From Malacoraja senta (taxonomy: Eukaryota): DNA of 64,000 bases. Under the pieces are notes generated by a model. That model was not told the DNA's origin, did no database searches, and was given only the letters and a program-made list of their open reading frames with translations. How positions within the stretch are numbered: position 1 is the stretch's first letter; the number at the start of each line of letters is the position of its first letter. Where the stretch lies: positions 22,258,001-22,322,000 of the forward strand of contig CM075985.1 in NCBI GenBank assembly GCA_038087875.1, read 5' to 3'. This document shows, in pieces, positions 24,291-38,594 of the stretch. A program made the position numbers and the translations under genes.

Positions 24291-26536
24291 GTGAAGATAG
24301 TTCCTCATCAAACAGATATGTACTTTATTGTTTTCTGCCATTAGCATTTATTTTAATTAGTCCCTTTAACACAATTATAATTTTGGTATTTACAGGTTAA
24401 AAATAGGGAAGAGCTTTTCCTTCATTGATCTCAATGTTGTACCCAATTTGACAAGAGACCTGGTGCTTTGTTTCTAGTGGATAACCCAAAACACTTTGCA
24501 GTCACTGAAACCTCCGTAGTCATGTTGTTGCAATGGAGTGAACTGTGAACAGGCCACATGACACAGAATGTCAGCACAAGAGTCTGTTTTATGGAGGTTT
24601 TCTGTTAATTCTGAATATCACACTAGAAAATTGAAGTTAATTTTTGAAAAGATGCATGTACTTCAGCAAGTAGAAATATTTTTATTCACTATTGCCCACA
24701 AACAAAATGAAGCACTTTGTGTAAATCATCAAAGGAGTTGCCCCTCCCCCACCCATGTTAACCCAGCGATGCAGAAGGATGTTCGGAAAGACAAGTGCTA
24801 AACCGAGTTGCTCCGACTACATTCACAAGCTTCCAAAAATCATTCATCATCCCAGTATGTTGCGCCCTTTGATTTCCCTGTGAGTTGAAGTGGAGACCAC
24901 ACACACAACAGCATGCTAGACAATCAAATTGTAAGCGCGGCAGCAAGCATTTAATATCAATAACCTCTGATAGCAAAAAGCAAAGAGAAACACTGCTGAC
25001 AGTAGGCAGCACATCTTACCAACATTCGCTAGTTAGCTGATTTGTCCTTTTCAATCGGCTAAAAATGTAAGCCTTACCTTTCGTCGCTATCTTTTATCTC
25101 AAGCGACTGAATAAACTAACACATTAACTTCCACATTTAAAAAAGTTTCATAACAGTTATTTTTTATTACACGGATAAGTAAGTTTGTGACTGCAAAGAA
25201 AGGCTATGTAGAACACGTACGTTATAATAAATATTTGGCTGCCATTAGCTTCGGAAGCAGCAAATCCAGTCAACAATTAATAAAATCCTATGAAAATCAT
25301 AGAACAAACAAAAGAAACCAAAACATTTATGCAATCATTCACAAATAACTCATGCCTGAAAATGAACTGGTTTTGAAATCACCATTATGTTGAGGAATGT
25401 AGCCATATATTAAAAATTACTTTAAAGACATAGGAAGGAAATGAGAACATATAACTGCTCAGTGTTAAATTGGCATTCTTCGCAGCATGTTCGAATGCCA
25501 TATAGGGGACCAGTAAATCACTATTGCAAATTTAGCTCTTATTCAGAGGAAACTACACACACTCACATATGGCTGTGCTGTGAAAGCACTGCCATTCATT
25601 AGTGGTCTCTAACCATTCACAGGCACCCACAGAGTGCAGGAACTTTGAAACTCTACAGTGGAACTCTGTTAATGCTAATACTTGTGATGCATGTGAGATG
25701 GCTAATCAGTTCTCCTGGAATGGTCAGCCGCAAACCAACATAAGTATCATTTGAATCAATACACAGTAGGTTAAAATGTAACTAGGTTAAAATCCCCTAT
25801 TGTGCTCTGGTGCTGCAGCAAAATTAGGCACTGCAGAACCACAGCCAGTTCTGCGGAGTCCAGCAGACAAACCCTCAGAGCAGCTGGTAGTTCAGGGCTG
25901 CAGTTATTCATTTACACATGAGAAGCTTTTTTTCCCCTTTCAGTCTCTCAATCAGAGAACAGAAGAACAGATGTTTTCTTTATTCAGCAACTGATTATGG
26001 ATAAATTAAACATGATCTAGAAGACCCTACTAACTGTTGGAATTAGGTAGATCTTTTCTTCTGTACCATGGAGTTTAAAATGGAAAGGTTTTCCATTAAG
26101 TAAAGCTATGTGATGAGGAAGTATTTAAACATGTTCTTTGTCCTCCTTAAAAAAAACGTGTCCTACTCTTGTTGTAATACACCAAGATCATAACAATATG
26201 TGTGGAAAAAATAGAAAGGAAATAGATGTAATACACATTTCTGGTTAAAAAAGAGTCATGGCTTCTAATTTTAGCTCAGCAGGAGAATTGTTCTGTTTCA
26301 ACAATCTATGCAAAGGAGCTTTGGCAGACAGCATTTTTTTATGAATGAAGCCACTTAACCACGAGTGGTTTGTTTTATTTTCATTTTTTTCAAGTTGGTA
26401 AATTCCTGCCCCAGACCCTCACAGGGGAACCAGTGTCCCACTGGGTGAGCTATCCCTTTAACCTCTGGGGACTCTGATTTACATTCAGACACGCAGCCTG
26501 AAGGTATAAAATCATAATTGGCAGCAACGATGACCG

Positions 26537-26915
26537 TTCTCGCTAGAATTTAGAAGATTGAGGGGGGATCTTATAGAAACTTACAAAATTCTTAAGGGGT
26601 TGGACAGGCTAGATGCAGGAAGATTGTTCCCGATGTTGGGGAAGTCCAGGACAAGGGGTCACAGTTTAAGGATAAAGGGGAAATCCTTTAGGACCGAGAT
26701 GAGAAAAACATTTTTCACACAGAGAGTGGTGAATCTCTGGAACTCTCTGCCACAGAGGCCAGTTCATTGGCTATATTTAAGAGGGAGTTAGATGTGGCCC
26801 TTGTGGCTAAAGGGATCAGGGGGTATGGAGAGAAGGCAGGTACAGGATACTGAGTTGGATGATCAGCCATGATCATATTGAATGGCCTACTCCTGCATCT
26901 ATTTTCTATGTTTCA
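26537..26915 (+). mobile_element. Young CR1 3' fragment
   Basis: Near-identical to 17240-17650 apart from two short deletions. Confidence 0.9.
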
Positions 26916-27424
26916 AAGTTTCTGTGACCACTGACCTTCTAGCCAGCACATTGTGAGGGGAACCTCAGAAATCACAAAAGAAATGGAGAGAGCTTGTTGG
27001 AATTAACACCTGTCCACACTCAGAATACCTAAAGTGCCTCACAGTCAAAGAGGCACTTTAGAAGTGTAGTGGAACAGTCTTTGGTTCCCTGGTTGTTTCC
27101 TACTTCTGAGTCAGTAGACAACATGTTTGAGTTCCACGCGGCAGGAAAATGCAGCTTCTGCTCTGAGTTCCAGTTGAGTTGCCAGAGGATATTTGCATCT
27201 GATGAGTATGAGTGCCCTGCATCATTGTGATGGGTCATTCAGTTCCTGTTGCCAACAACCCTTTGACCGATGTAAGGGTGGTGGACAAGCAAAGGCCTTC
27301 ATTGCTGCAAGTCGTCCAGCAAACATTACCTCCTCCCCCTCTTCCAAAGTGAAATATAAGTCACTCAGAAACAGAAAGCTATTAGCCTGAGTTTCACATG
27401 TTCAAGTGGTGATGGTACAACATA

Positions 27425-27655
27425 ATACCAAAGAACTGCAGATGCTATTTGATATCAAAGGTAGACACATAACGTTGAAATAACTCAGCAGGTTAGGCAG
27501 CATCTCAGGACACAATGGAAGGTTAACATTTTGGGCCGGGACCCTTCTACACACTGAAGAAGCATCCTGACCCATAACGTCACCTATCCATTTTCTGCAG
27601 AGATGCTGACTGACCTGCTGAGTTACTCCAGCACTTTGTGTCTATCTTTGGTGAT
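27425..27655. mobile_element. Penelope-derived palindromic mini-element
   Basis: Inverted arms with decayed CTGAAGA..GACCC..ACGTC core. Confidence 0.7.
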
Positions 27656-27787
27656 AATACAAACCTTACTTGAATAATGTTGGTTACATCTGCCATCTGT
27701 TGCACCTCTGCAGGCCATTGATCTTGCTGCAAGATGAATTTTGTGGGTTTGGCTGGTGGGACTGGACCATCTCGATCAGCATCCTGA

Positions 27788-28555
27788 AACAATAGACAAT
27801 AGATGCAGGAGTAGGCCATTCGGCCCTTTGTGCCAGCACCGCCATTCACTGTGATCGTGGCTGATCATCCACAATCAGTACCCCGTTCCTGCCTTCTCTC
27901 CATATCCCCTGACTCCGCCATCTTTAAGAGCTCTAACTCTCTCTTGAAAGCATCCAGAGAATTGGCCTCCACTGCCTTCTGAGGCAGAGAATTCCACAGA
28001 TTCACAGCACTCTGTGTGAAAAAGTTTTTCCTCATCTCCGTTCTAAATGGCTTACCCCTTATTCTTAAACTATGGCCTCTGGTTCTGGGCTCCCCCAGCA
28101 TCGGGAACATGTTTCCTGCCTCTAGCATGTCCAACCCCTTAATAATCTTATATGTTTCAATAAGATCCCCTCTTATCCTTCTAAATTCCAGAGTATACAA
28201 GCCCAGCCGCTCCATTCTATCAACATAGGACAGTCCCGCCATCCCGGGAATTAACCCTGTGAACTTACGCTGCACTCACTCAATAGCAAGAATGTCCTTC
28301 CTCAACTTTGGAGACTAAAACTGCACACAATACTCCAGGTGTGGTCTCACTAGGGCCCTGTACAACTGCAGAAGGACCTCTTTGCTCCTATACTCAACTC
28401 CTCTTGTTATGAAGGCCAACATGCCATTCGCTTTCTTCACTGCCTGCTGTACTTGCATGCTTACTTTCAGTGACTGATGAACAAGGACCCCCCAGATCTC
28501 GTTGTACTTCCCCTTTTCCCAACTTGACACCATTCATATAATAATCTGCCTTCAT
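27788..28555 (-). mobile_element. CR1 3' fragment
   Basis: CR1 ORF2 C-terminal ORFs 27865-28533; CAATAGACAATAG tail. Confidence 0.9.
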
Positions 28556-29352
28556 GAAGAAGAACCTTAAAGCTGTTTATTTTGTTTATTAAATGACTAA
28601 GAGCACTTTCTCTGCATGACTTAATTTGCCTCATCTGAGCTGGTTGCCCTCTCTGCTTGGTCAGTCTACGTTACCAGCAAGATATAACCTCGTAATTAGC
28701 ATAAGGCAGATGATGTTGCCCCTGGCCCAGGTGCTTGAAAAATGCCCCAAACTATTTACACTACAATCATTGTGAAATGTGATATTTTGATCCCAAATAT
28801 AACTGTGTTTTCCAATTTTCACAGATAACTTTCACAAATAATCATCAAATCATATAGTGCTTTGGTCAGATTACTTCTTGAAAGGCCCACCTATAATCAA
28901 GGAATATGCAAACACTGGAAATAACGTAAGTAATAACCACAAGTAATAACCACAAGGTGGAAGCCAGTGATGGGGTACGAGCTAACAGGAAACACAGGAT
29001 GGGCTCTGAGCTGTGGTCTTCACTACTTCAAAAAGAGATACCAGGGAAGGGAAATTGTTGAAGATCTAGGAAAATTAACCTGGTAAAAGGACTAATAGAT
29101 TGAAACTTTTAGATATTAATTTTAGCATAGTCATTGGAAGATTCTTCAGAACATAAAGTTATCAAAATGACGAAAAAAGCTCTGGGCAGAGTTGTGCAGA
29201 CCAGAAGCCCTGGAATCATTGGGGAACCAATTAATTAGTTTCAAAACGATATACAGCAGGTAGGATAATTTCAGTTGAGCTTCCTCCTCTGTAATTAACC
29301 TGTGACTTTGTTTCAAAGTGATGAGATTTAGGCTCCAGTTTTTTAATCTGTG

Positions 29353-29626
29353 CAGGGAGGCACAGTGGTGCAGCGGTAGAGTTGCTGCCTTACAGCGCTT
29401 GCATCACCGGAGACCCATGGTCGATCCCGACTATGGGTGCTGTCTGTACAAAGTTTGTATGTTCTCCCCGTGACCGCATGGGTTTTCTCCAAGAATTTTG
29501 GTTTCCTCCCACACTCTAAAGACGTTAATTGGCTTGGTATATGTGTAAATTGTCCCTGGTGTGAGTAGGATAGTATTAATGTGCGGAGATTGCTGGTCGG
29601 TATCTCTAAACTAAACTAAACTAAAC
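29353..29626 (+). mobile_element. HE1/V-SINE-like SINE
   Basis: A-box and B-box-like head, V-like core, (TAAAC)n tail, TSD TAATCTGTG at 29344-29352 and 29627-29635. Confidence 0.85.
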
Positions 29627-31516
29627 TAATCTGTGGAAGGGAAGAGAGTTTAGAATGCTATTTGTGTTTTCAGTCAAGATAATGTCTCTTCTTGTCATCA
29701 TTGCCTTTGTTAGATGCTCCCCTTCTAAATTCCATTGTCCATAATAAAAATGGAATTGTCCTCTGCCAATTGGCTTCTCCCCACCATTGTACTAAAGTCA
29801 GTGATTATAATTCCACAGTAACAGGAGACTGTTGACCTTTTCAATTTCAGTGTAGGATAATATAAAGATAATATAAAGAAAATGATTGATAGAGAGATTC
29901 ATCAACAGCAATATGACTGCAGGTAGAAAATACCCTTAAATATGAGGTATTTAGGCAGAGCTATCTGTGGACGAAATGGGCACATATGGAGGCTATGTCT
30001 GGGCAGATGGCCATTTTGGTGAAGAGGCTTAGGCGCTTGAAAGTCCTGTGGCAGCTTAATGCCTAGTGTTCAGTCACTGAATCTGACCTGGCTGTGTGAA
30101 GCTGACCTTCTGTCTTGCTGTTGTTGGCTCCACTTTACTCAGGTTGGTTGAAAACTGGCACCGCTCCTTCGGTGCTCCCTTTGGAAACTCATAGTCCTTC
30201 TTCTGATGCCATTTTATTTTTGTGGAACACTTGTGTTTTATTCAGTGTTAGGTTTACAAACTGAAAAAAAAGAAATGTCAGTCCATCAGCAAAGCTCAAT
30301 TATTTTTGGATCTACCAAAAGTCTGAGAGTAAAAATCAAATTTGAAGAAACTAATCTTTCATATAAATCAGCACAATATAATGGTTCATTTCTCACAACA
30401 GAAGTTATTAGATGCCACTTTTTGTGGCATTGTATTCACTTTATAATAATCACATTTGTTTCCTGTTAATCTTATATATGAAAAAAGCAAATAATAACCT
30501 TAAGGTAATTATAATTAATTAATTATTGAATTTAATATCATTGCTTTTAAAAATAAAATTTGCGTCAGGTGAATAGCAACATTTGTGATTGACTTGTCAG
30601 AGGTATTTTATAGATTTTTCTTGCTCTTACAGTGCAATTATATAAAACAAATACATTTTAAATTAAATAATTGAAATCTCCAGCACAACTGCAACCTAGT
30701 TTTAAGGACTAGAGTTGGCATCAAATTTGCTTTAGACAGGTGAGATGAAAGTGCTCTTTATAGAGTGCAAGTGGGGCTATGGGACAGTAAATGTTGGATA
30801 TGATTGTGTTCTTGGCACAACTTGATACCATATTTGGGAACTCCTGCTACAAGAGACATTAAACCCACTTGGCAGACACACAGTCTACACAAAGCATTAA
30901 AACAGTGTGCCACACAGAGCGCTTCCTCCAACTGCTACCATAGCAGCAAGCAAACATCCAGCTAACACCCTGCAATGTGCAACAGATAAACAGCGGAGAA
31001 TTTCAAAACTAACAAAAAAAAAAGCACAGAAAAAAATGTATAACAAAACAAAAAATGAATGCACCATTTAATTACAGGGTTGATGTAGGCTTTCCCTTTA
31101 CCACCAATAAAGGGATTAAAATCAATCCTGTTATTATTCCAGAGAGGATGGAAACTATTTTTGCACCAAATGTTAAATCTTAACAAGATGAGCAAAGGGT
31201 GTGAGGGAAGAAGAACTGTTTGGTGCTGGAGGAGTGGAAAGAGCGAGAGACACAGCAATGGCATTAAGTATAGGAGGCATGAGTGAGGCAATGATATCTT
31301 CAGCATGGAGAAAGCAAGACTGTGGAAGGAAGTTAAAAGTCAGAGCTGAGAAAGTTAATGATGAGACGAAAATAAAAGATGCTGGAGACACTCAGTAGGT
31401 CCGGCAGCACATAAGGAAAGCGAGACAGAGTTAAAATCTCAGAGCGGAGAGTGCCACGTGAACACCATCTAAATAGACCTACTTATGGCGCGCCAGTCCA
31501 TATAACCATGGTGTTG

Positions 31517-31727
31517 AGTGTAGGAAGGAACTGTAGATGCAGGTTTAAACTGAAGATAGACACAAAATGCTGCAGTAACTCAACAGGTCAGGCAGCATCA
31601 CTGGAGAGGAGGAGTGGGTGACATTTCGGATCTGAAGAAGGGTCTCGACCCGAGACGTCACCCATTCCTTCTCTCCAGAGGTGCGGCCTGACCTGCTGAG
31701 TTACTCCAGCATTTTGTGTCTAACTTT
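31517..31727. mobile_element. Penelope-derived palindromic mini-element
   Basis: Inverted arms; CTGAAGAAGGGTCTCGACCCGAGACGTC at 31632-31659. Confidence 0.75.
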
Positions 31728-32649
31728 AACCTGTGGTGTTCACAGATTCATGGGCATCAGGGTACTTGTGTAGCTGTCCATGTGTGCACATATACATATG
31801 CACAAGGAATCTTAGGCATTGTTCCAGGAGTATATAGATACACATGTGTAAATGTATGGTTGTCCAAGACCCTGGGAGTACAGAGGTACATCAGTCCAAG
31901 GGTGCATAAATATGTGAGTCAGTGCACAGATATAGGGTTGAGCGGTACACAAATACTTGAAGCAAGGTCACACATGCAACGGGCCCAGCAATAGATAGAA
32001 ACATGAGCTCAATTTTGGATAGCTAGGTCTGAGCATTCGAGTCACGTAGCTAAAGGCATACAGATTCATGGAGCCACTGTTACTCACACATATGGATCTG
32101 AGGGTATTAAGATAGCTGAGATCCTTGGTGGGGCTTGGCAGGGTAGATGATGAGATGTTTCTCCTCTCGGTAATGAAGCTTTGGAATTCCCTGCCCTTGA
32201 GAGTAGAGGAGGTCAAATCATTAGATAAGATAAATATGTGAAAGATTGAGGAATTAAGCATCATGGAGAACTGGCACAGGAGCGGAAATGAGGCCAGCAT
32301 AGATTAGCCATGGAAAAAAAGACACAAAGTGCTCGAGTAGAGCAGCGGGTCAGGCAGCAACTTTGGAGAACATGGATAGGTGACATGTTGGGTCAGGACC
32401 CATCTACAGACTCTCCATTCTGACATGAATGTGTTGATCAAAGCACCTGCTAGACGTTACTCCACTTGTTCTAAATATTCACACAATCATTTGGCCGTGT
32501 TCTGTCAAGTTTGCAGCCGGTGCATTGCTGTGATCTCTAATTCACTGATCATCCCATACCTGATGATATTGGGCTATCCGTTCCATCAGGACTCCCTCAG
32601 GGAAATAGGGGGTGTCCACAATCACTAAAGAGCACCTAATAATGCGTGC

Positions 32650-33040
32650 AGTTCTGTTCGCCTCTTTACAGAAGGGTGTGGAGAAGAGGTTTACCACAAT
32701 GCTGCCTGGAGTAGGGGATATTGGCTACAGGGAGGGGCGAGACAGACTTGGATTGTTTTCTCTGGAATGTCAAAGGTTGAGTGGAGACCTGATAGAAGTA
32801 TCTAAAATTATAAGAGGCAAAGATAAGGTAGACAGTCAGAACCTTTTTGCCAGGGTGGAAATGTCATCGACCAGAGGGCATAGTTTTAAGATGAAATGGG
32901 CAAAATCTAACGGTTCAGGGGAAGATTTTTAAACAGAAGATGGAGGGTGCCTGGAATGCATTGCCCGCGGTGGTCATAGGCACATGAATATGCAGGGAAT
33001 GGTGAAATATGGATCATGTGCTGGCAGATGAGATTGGATT
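32650..33040 (+). mobile_element. CR1 3' fragment
   Basis: RLGLFSLE...GDLIEVSKII...TRGHSFK motifs. Confidence 0.8.
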
Positions 33041-34825
33041 ATCTTCAACAGCAAATCCAGACCTGACCCTACAATGGCCAAAATCCAATTCTGGACCCTG
33101 ATATGAGCAGAATCAATCCAAACAAGACCAATGTCCCACCAGAACCATTCCAAACCCAACCTGAGCCCCGTCTGACTGCAGCCAGTCTAAGTGTAACACA
33201 TATCGTGTCCGTTTGGCTGAGGATGGTAGCCTGGTTCTAGAGAGAAGCAGAGTGGGGAGCTGCCTCTTGTAATGCCAGCACCCTCCTAGCTACTTGTGGA
33301 CAGATAGCCCCATCACTTATAAAGGGCTGGTCTGCCCCAAACCAGCCCAAGACTAAACTATAATAACAATTTGTTGGCTGCACGCACTGACCTACTAAAC
33401 ACCCAACGTATAATGGAGCCATTGGCCTTGTTTGTGGTCGCCAGGCATCGTTTTCCAGCTTGCTGAAACAGGTACTGACACAAATAGTACCCCCCCCCCC
33501 CCCACAGAAAGTAATGCCATGGAAAGTAATTAACTGCAATCAGAATATCCTTGAAAATGTGCATGGCCCTGAAATGCAGACCATGAATTCTATTATTGAT
33601 TAGCTAGTGCTACCTAAAGTCTTCCCACATGAAAGCAATGCCAGTCCCTTGATGGTGTTCACTGAAGAAATATGTCTACTGGTGACAGGAAGGCTCTCCT
33701 AAGTCTGATGGCAGTTTTAGATTTTCAAAGGACCAGGCAAATGGTAAAATATCCATTGGTGATTTTTTAGTTACCCATCGATCAAAGAGCCTCAGGGTCA
33801 TGTCAACCTCTGGAAAAAGTGGGATGTGATTCCTCCTCATTGATGCACTCAAGAGAATGGAAACCATGCACTAAATCTTTACCCCAATCTGTAATATCCT
33901 CTGGGATTGAGGAGTGTGCCAGGAGACTGCACCTATTCAAACACTGGGCAACATTGAACGATAATACCAAAATGTGCTGCCATGTGCAGAGGTGTAAAGT
34001 AAGATGGATTACATGATTTTTTATCCTTTACCTAACTCTCTCCTTCAAAATTTTAACTAATTGCATCCTGAGGAAAGAAAGATCTTACTGGGTAATTAAA
34101 GGGTTTATAGGATCTCGTGAATTCACAGTCCCCACGTGAAAGTGTTTCAATCTTCCAGCAAGGTGTGAGTTTGCAAAAGTAATCTTTGAAAAGCACCGAG
34201 TGTGGTGGGAGGTAGTTAATCATGCGTGTGACCAAGGCAAGGACTGTTAGAAACCAAATGATTAATGAATAGAAAAATAAACAAAAAAATTGCACATTCT
34301 GGAAATAGGAAACAAATACAGAACATGTTCAAAAATTCACGCATCTATGGGGAAAAAACTGAGATACGACAATTTGGGTGTGATGCTATAGTTTGTTTGG
34401 AGAGGTAAGCTAATTAATCGTAAGCTACTTAAGGGATAATTGTTTTAATCTTTGTGCTGTTGAAGGTAACAGAATAGCCCTGAAAATCCTGATAATGCCA
34501 TTCACTTGGTGTAGGGGTCAATAAAAACAGAAATCCAGGTGTTTTGCCAGCTCTCTGATTTCCAGGGCTGCACGGTTGCAATAGAAGAAGGCTGGATAAT
34601 TCCTTCGAAGTCGGTGGGATTGGTCCCACTCGTCTGCTCGATCTGCAGCAGGTTTAGGAAAAGTTGGTATTTTGCCTTCTACAGTGTTGTGTAAATCAGA
34701 TGGCAGAAGAGGAGAGACCTTGGACTAAGCTGAATTACCAGGAGGACAGACAGTGATATTGTTATTTTTTTCAACTCCTGAGGTGCTTTGCCATCATCTA
34801 GAATACACAGATACTGCAGGCCTGT

Positions 34826-35290
34826 GGTGGCACAGTGGCGCAGCTGGTAGAGCCGCTGCCTCACAGCACCAGAGACCTGGGTTCAATCCTGACCTCGGGT
34901 GCTGTCTGTGCGGAGTCTGCATGTTCTCCTTGTGACTCTGTGGGTTTCCTCCGGATGCTCTCACATCTTAAAGACGTGCAGGTTTGTAGCTTAGTTAGCC
35001 TTTGTAAGTTGTCCTTCGTTTGTAGAAAAGTGGGATAACATAGAACTAATGTGATCAATGGTCAGCGTGGACTCAGTGGGCCAAATGGCCTGTTTCAATG
35101 TGAAGGAAGGAACTGCAGATGCTAGTTTAAACTGAAGATAGACACAAAAGCTGGAGTAGCTCAGCGGGACAGGCAGCATCTCTGGAGGGAAGGAATGGGT
35201 GACATTTCGGGTCTACCTTCTCTCCAGAGATGTTGCCTGTCCCGCTGAGTTACTCTGGCATTTTGTGTATGGCCTGTTTCCATGTTGTCT
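34826..35290 (+). mobile_element. HE1/V-SINE-like SINE with a Penelope-derived palindrome (35097-35268) inserted in its 3' end
   Basis: tRNA-like head; insert flanked by ATGGCCTGTTTC at 35085-35096 and 35269-35280. Confidence 0.8.
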
Positions 35291-35310
35291 TGGTTACTGT
35301 TTTCTCTCAA

Positions 35311-38300
35311 GTTCAAGTGAGTTTATTGTCATGTGTCCCTGATAGGACAATGAAATTCTTGCTTTGCTTCAGCACAACAGAACATAGAAGGCATTGACTA
35401 CAAAACAGATCAGTGTGTCCATATATCATTATATAAATATATACACACATAAATAAATAAACTGATAAAGTGCAAATAACAGATAATGGGCTATTATTGT
35501 TCATAGGTTTGTCCGAGCCAAGTTTAATAGCCTGATGGCTGTGGGGAAGTAGCTATTCCTGAACCTGGTCGTTGCAGTCTTCAGGCTCCTGTACCTTCTA
35601 CCTGAAGGTAGCAGGGAGATGAGTGTGTGGCCAGGATGGTGTGGGTCCTTGATGATACTGCCAGCCTTTTTGAGGCAGGGACTGCGATAGATCCCCTCGA
35701 TGGAAGGGAGGTCAGAGCCGATGATGGACTGGGCAGTGTTTACTACTCTTTGTAGTCTTTTCCTCTCCAGGGCGCTCAAGTTGCCGAACCAAGCCACGAT
35801 GCAACCGGTCAGCATGCTCTCTACTGTGCACCTGTAGAAGTTAGAGAGAGTCCTCCTTGACAAACCGACTCTCCGTAATCTTCTCAGGACGTAGAGGCGC
35901 TGATGTGCTTTCTTAATAGTAGCATCAGTGTTCTCGGACCAGGAAAGATCTTCAGAGATGTGCACGCCCAGGAATTTAAAGCTCTTGACCCTTTCAACCA
36001 TCGACCCATTGATATAAACGGGACTGTGGGTCCCCATCCTACTCCTTCCAAAGTCCACAATCAGTTCCTTGGTTTTGCTGGTGTTGAGGGCCAGGTTATT
36101 GTGCTGGCACCATATGGACAGTTGCTCGATCTCTCTTCTGTACTCTGACTCATCCCCATCAGTGATACGTCCCACAACAGTGGTGTCGTCAGCGAACTTG
36201 ATGATGGAGTTCGCACTATGACCGGCTACGCAGTCATGAGTATAGAGTGAGTACAGCAGGGGGCTGAGCACGCAGCCTTGAGGTGCTCCCGTGCTGATTG
36301 TTATCGAGTCTGACACATTTCCATCAATACGAACAGACTGTGGTCTGAGAATGAGGAAGTCGAGGATCCAATTGCAGAGGGATGCGCAGATACCCAGTTC
36401 TGCGAGTTTGGTAACCAGCTTGGAGGGGATGATTGTATTAAATGCCAAGCTGTAATCGATGAATAACAGCCTGACATATGAGTTTTTGTTGTCCAAGTGG
36501 TCCAGAGCAGAGTGGAGGGCCAGCGAGATCGCATCCACCGTTGATCTGTTGTGGCGGTAAGCGAACTGCAGTGGGTCCAGGTTTTTGTCGAGGTGGGAGT
36601 TGATTTGCACCATGATCAACCTCTCAAAGCACTTCATCACCACTGGCGTTAGTGCCACAGGTCGATAGTCATTGAGGCACGTCACCTAGCTCTTCTTGGG
36701 CACCGGTATAATTGATGCCCTTTTGAAGCAGGTGGGAACCTCAGACCTCAGAAGTGAGAGGTTGAAAATGTCCGTAAAAACTCCAGCCAGTGAGTCCGCA
36801 CAGGTTTTTAGAACACGACCAGGTATACCATCAGGTCCAGGCGCTTTTCGAGGGTTCACCCCTCTGAAGGATTTCCTGACGTCGGCCTCTGTGACTGAGA
36901 CTGAAATACCATCACAGCGAATGGGAGCTTGGGAAGGCACATCGGTGTTCTCCCTATCAAAGCGTGCGTAAAACGCATTGAGCTCATCAGGGAGTGATGT
37001 TTCGCCGACATTCGAGCTGCCTCCTGATTTCGCCTTGTAGGAGGTGATTGCATTCAGGCCCCGCCACAGCTGCCGAACATCTGTCTCATCCTCCAGTTTG
37101 GAGCAGAAGTCCCTCTTGGCCTTTTTGATGGCCTTACCAAGGTCGTATCTGGACTTCTTGTAGACCACTGTGTCATCAGACATGAATGCCCGGTGTCTGG
37201 TCTTCAGAAGAGTGCGGATCTCAAAGTTCATCCAAGGTTTCTGATTGGGAAACACTCGGAAGGTTTTTGTAGGGATGCAGTCGTCCACACACTTCTTAAT
37301 GAAGTCTGTAACGACTGTGGCGTATTCGTTCAAGTCCGTTGCCGAGTCCTTGAACATTGCCCAGTCTACAGACTCCAAACAGTCCTGTAGTTGTTCCTCT
37401 GCCCTCCCCCCCCCACCCCCCCCCCCCCCCCCCACAGGAAGAAGCAGCACCGCAGTATGGTCGGATTTACCGAAGTGAGGGCGAGGGATAGAGCAATAGG
37501 CATTCTTGATGGTGGTGTAGCAGTGGTCGAGGGTGTTTGGTCCTCTGGTGCAGCAGGAGACATGTTGGTGGAAATTAGGGAGTGATTTCTTTAGGTTTGC
37601 CTTATTGAAGTCCCCAGCAATGGTGGTAAATGCCTCGGGGTAAGACGTCTGATGTTTGTTGACCACGGCGTGCAGCTCCTCCAGTGCCAGACGGATGTCT
37701 GCCTGGGGTGGGATGTAGACCGCGGTCAGGATGATGGAGGTGAATTCCCTTGGAAGGTAGAAGGGACGACACTTCACCGCCAGATGTTCGAGGTGTGGAG
37801 AGCAGGAGTTGGACAGGACTGCCACGTCTGAGCACCACGCAGAGTTGACCATGAGGCAGACGCCCCCTCCTCTCCCTTTCCCAGATGCCAGTGTACGGTT
37901 CATACGATGGATGGAAAACCCTTCAGGCTGGACCGCTGAGTCTGGGGAGCTGGGGGTGAGCCATGTCTCTGTAAAACAGAACACAGAGCATTGCCTCAGC
38001 TCCCTTTGATAAAGCAGTCTTGCCCTTAAGTCCTCCTCTTTATTTTCAAGGGACTGTACGTTGGCCAGTAGGATAGTAGGGAGAGGGGCCAAAGTCCCCT
38101 GCGCTTCAGTCTGACCTGAAGTCCTGCCCGCCGGCCACGTTTCCGGACACAATGGATGCTTCCTCTTTGTTTCCAGGTACTGTGCTTACTGTACCTGCTG
38201 TATCTGCGGACCTGCGCTGGAACGGGGATTCCTTCACATACGGCAGCTCCAGCTCCGCAACGAACGGGGGTACATTCAAAGTCGGCAGCTCCAGCTTCAT

Positions 38301-38594
38301 TGTTCCTGGAGGATCCAGCTCGTCGGCTCTGGAGGTCATCCCGGGGTTTCCAGGTACCGTACCTGGGTTCCTCAGTCGGGTCGGGAGTTTTACAGCCAGC
38401 GTGGGAAAGTTTAAAGTCCGTGGCTCCCGCAGCTGCGGGAGATCGCAAAATTGCGAGAGCCTTGAGGTGCTCAAGCAGCTTGTCCGAAACTGCACCGTTT
38501 GCTGCCGTTTTCCTGATTCAGGTGAGTTGATTGAAGTTGTATCTAAGCCTTTTAGGTTCTGGTGCTCCGCAAAAGTCGCCGCCGGCAGGCGCCA
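35311..38594 (-). mobile_element. Near full-length Rex1/Babar-type LINE (APE endonuclease + RT), disabled
   Basis: [47 protein letters not shown] and KFADD motifs; in-frame TAG at 36686-36688; frameshift near 38095; G-run scar 37402-37433; (CTTGAA)-type tail; possible TSD TCTCAA. Confidence 0.92.

Noticed and set aside
25015-25080. Possible minus-strand micro-exon (two GTAAG donors)
   Set aside because: No recognisable peptide, no convincing polypyrimidine tract and no partner exons
27020-27080. Ancient DeuSINE-like tail fragments (also ~24480, ~25360, ~55170)
   Set aside because: Resemblance is too short and degenerate to support by eye
29357-29430. tRNA gene
   Set aside because: A-box and B-box belong to a SINE head that continues into a V-like core and tail with a TSD
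31432-31515. Fourth copy of the AGAGCGG end motif
   Set aside because: No matching opposite end or TSD found
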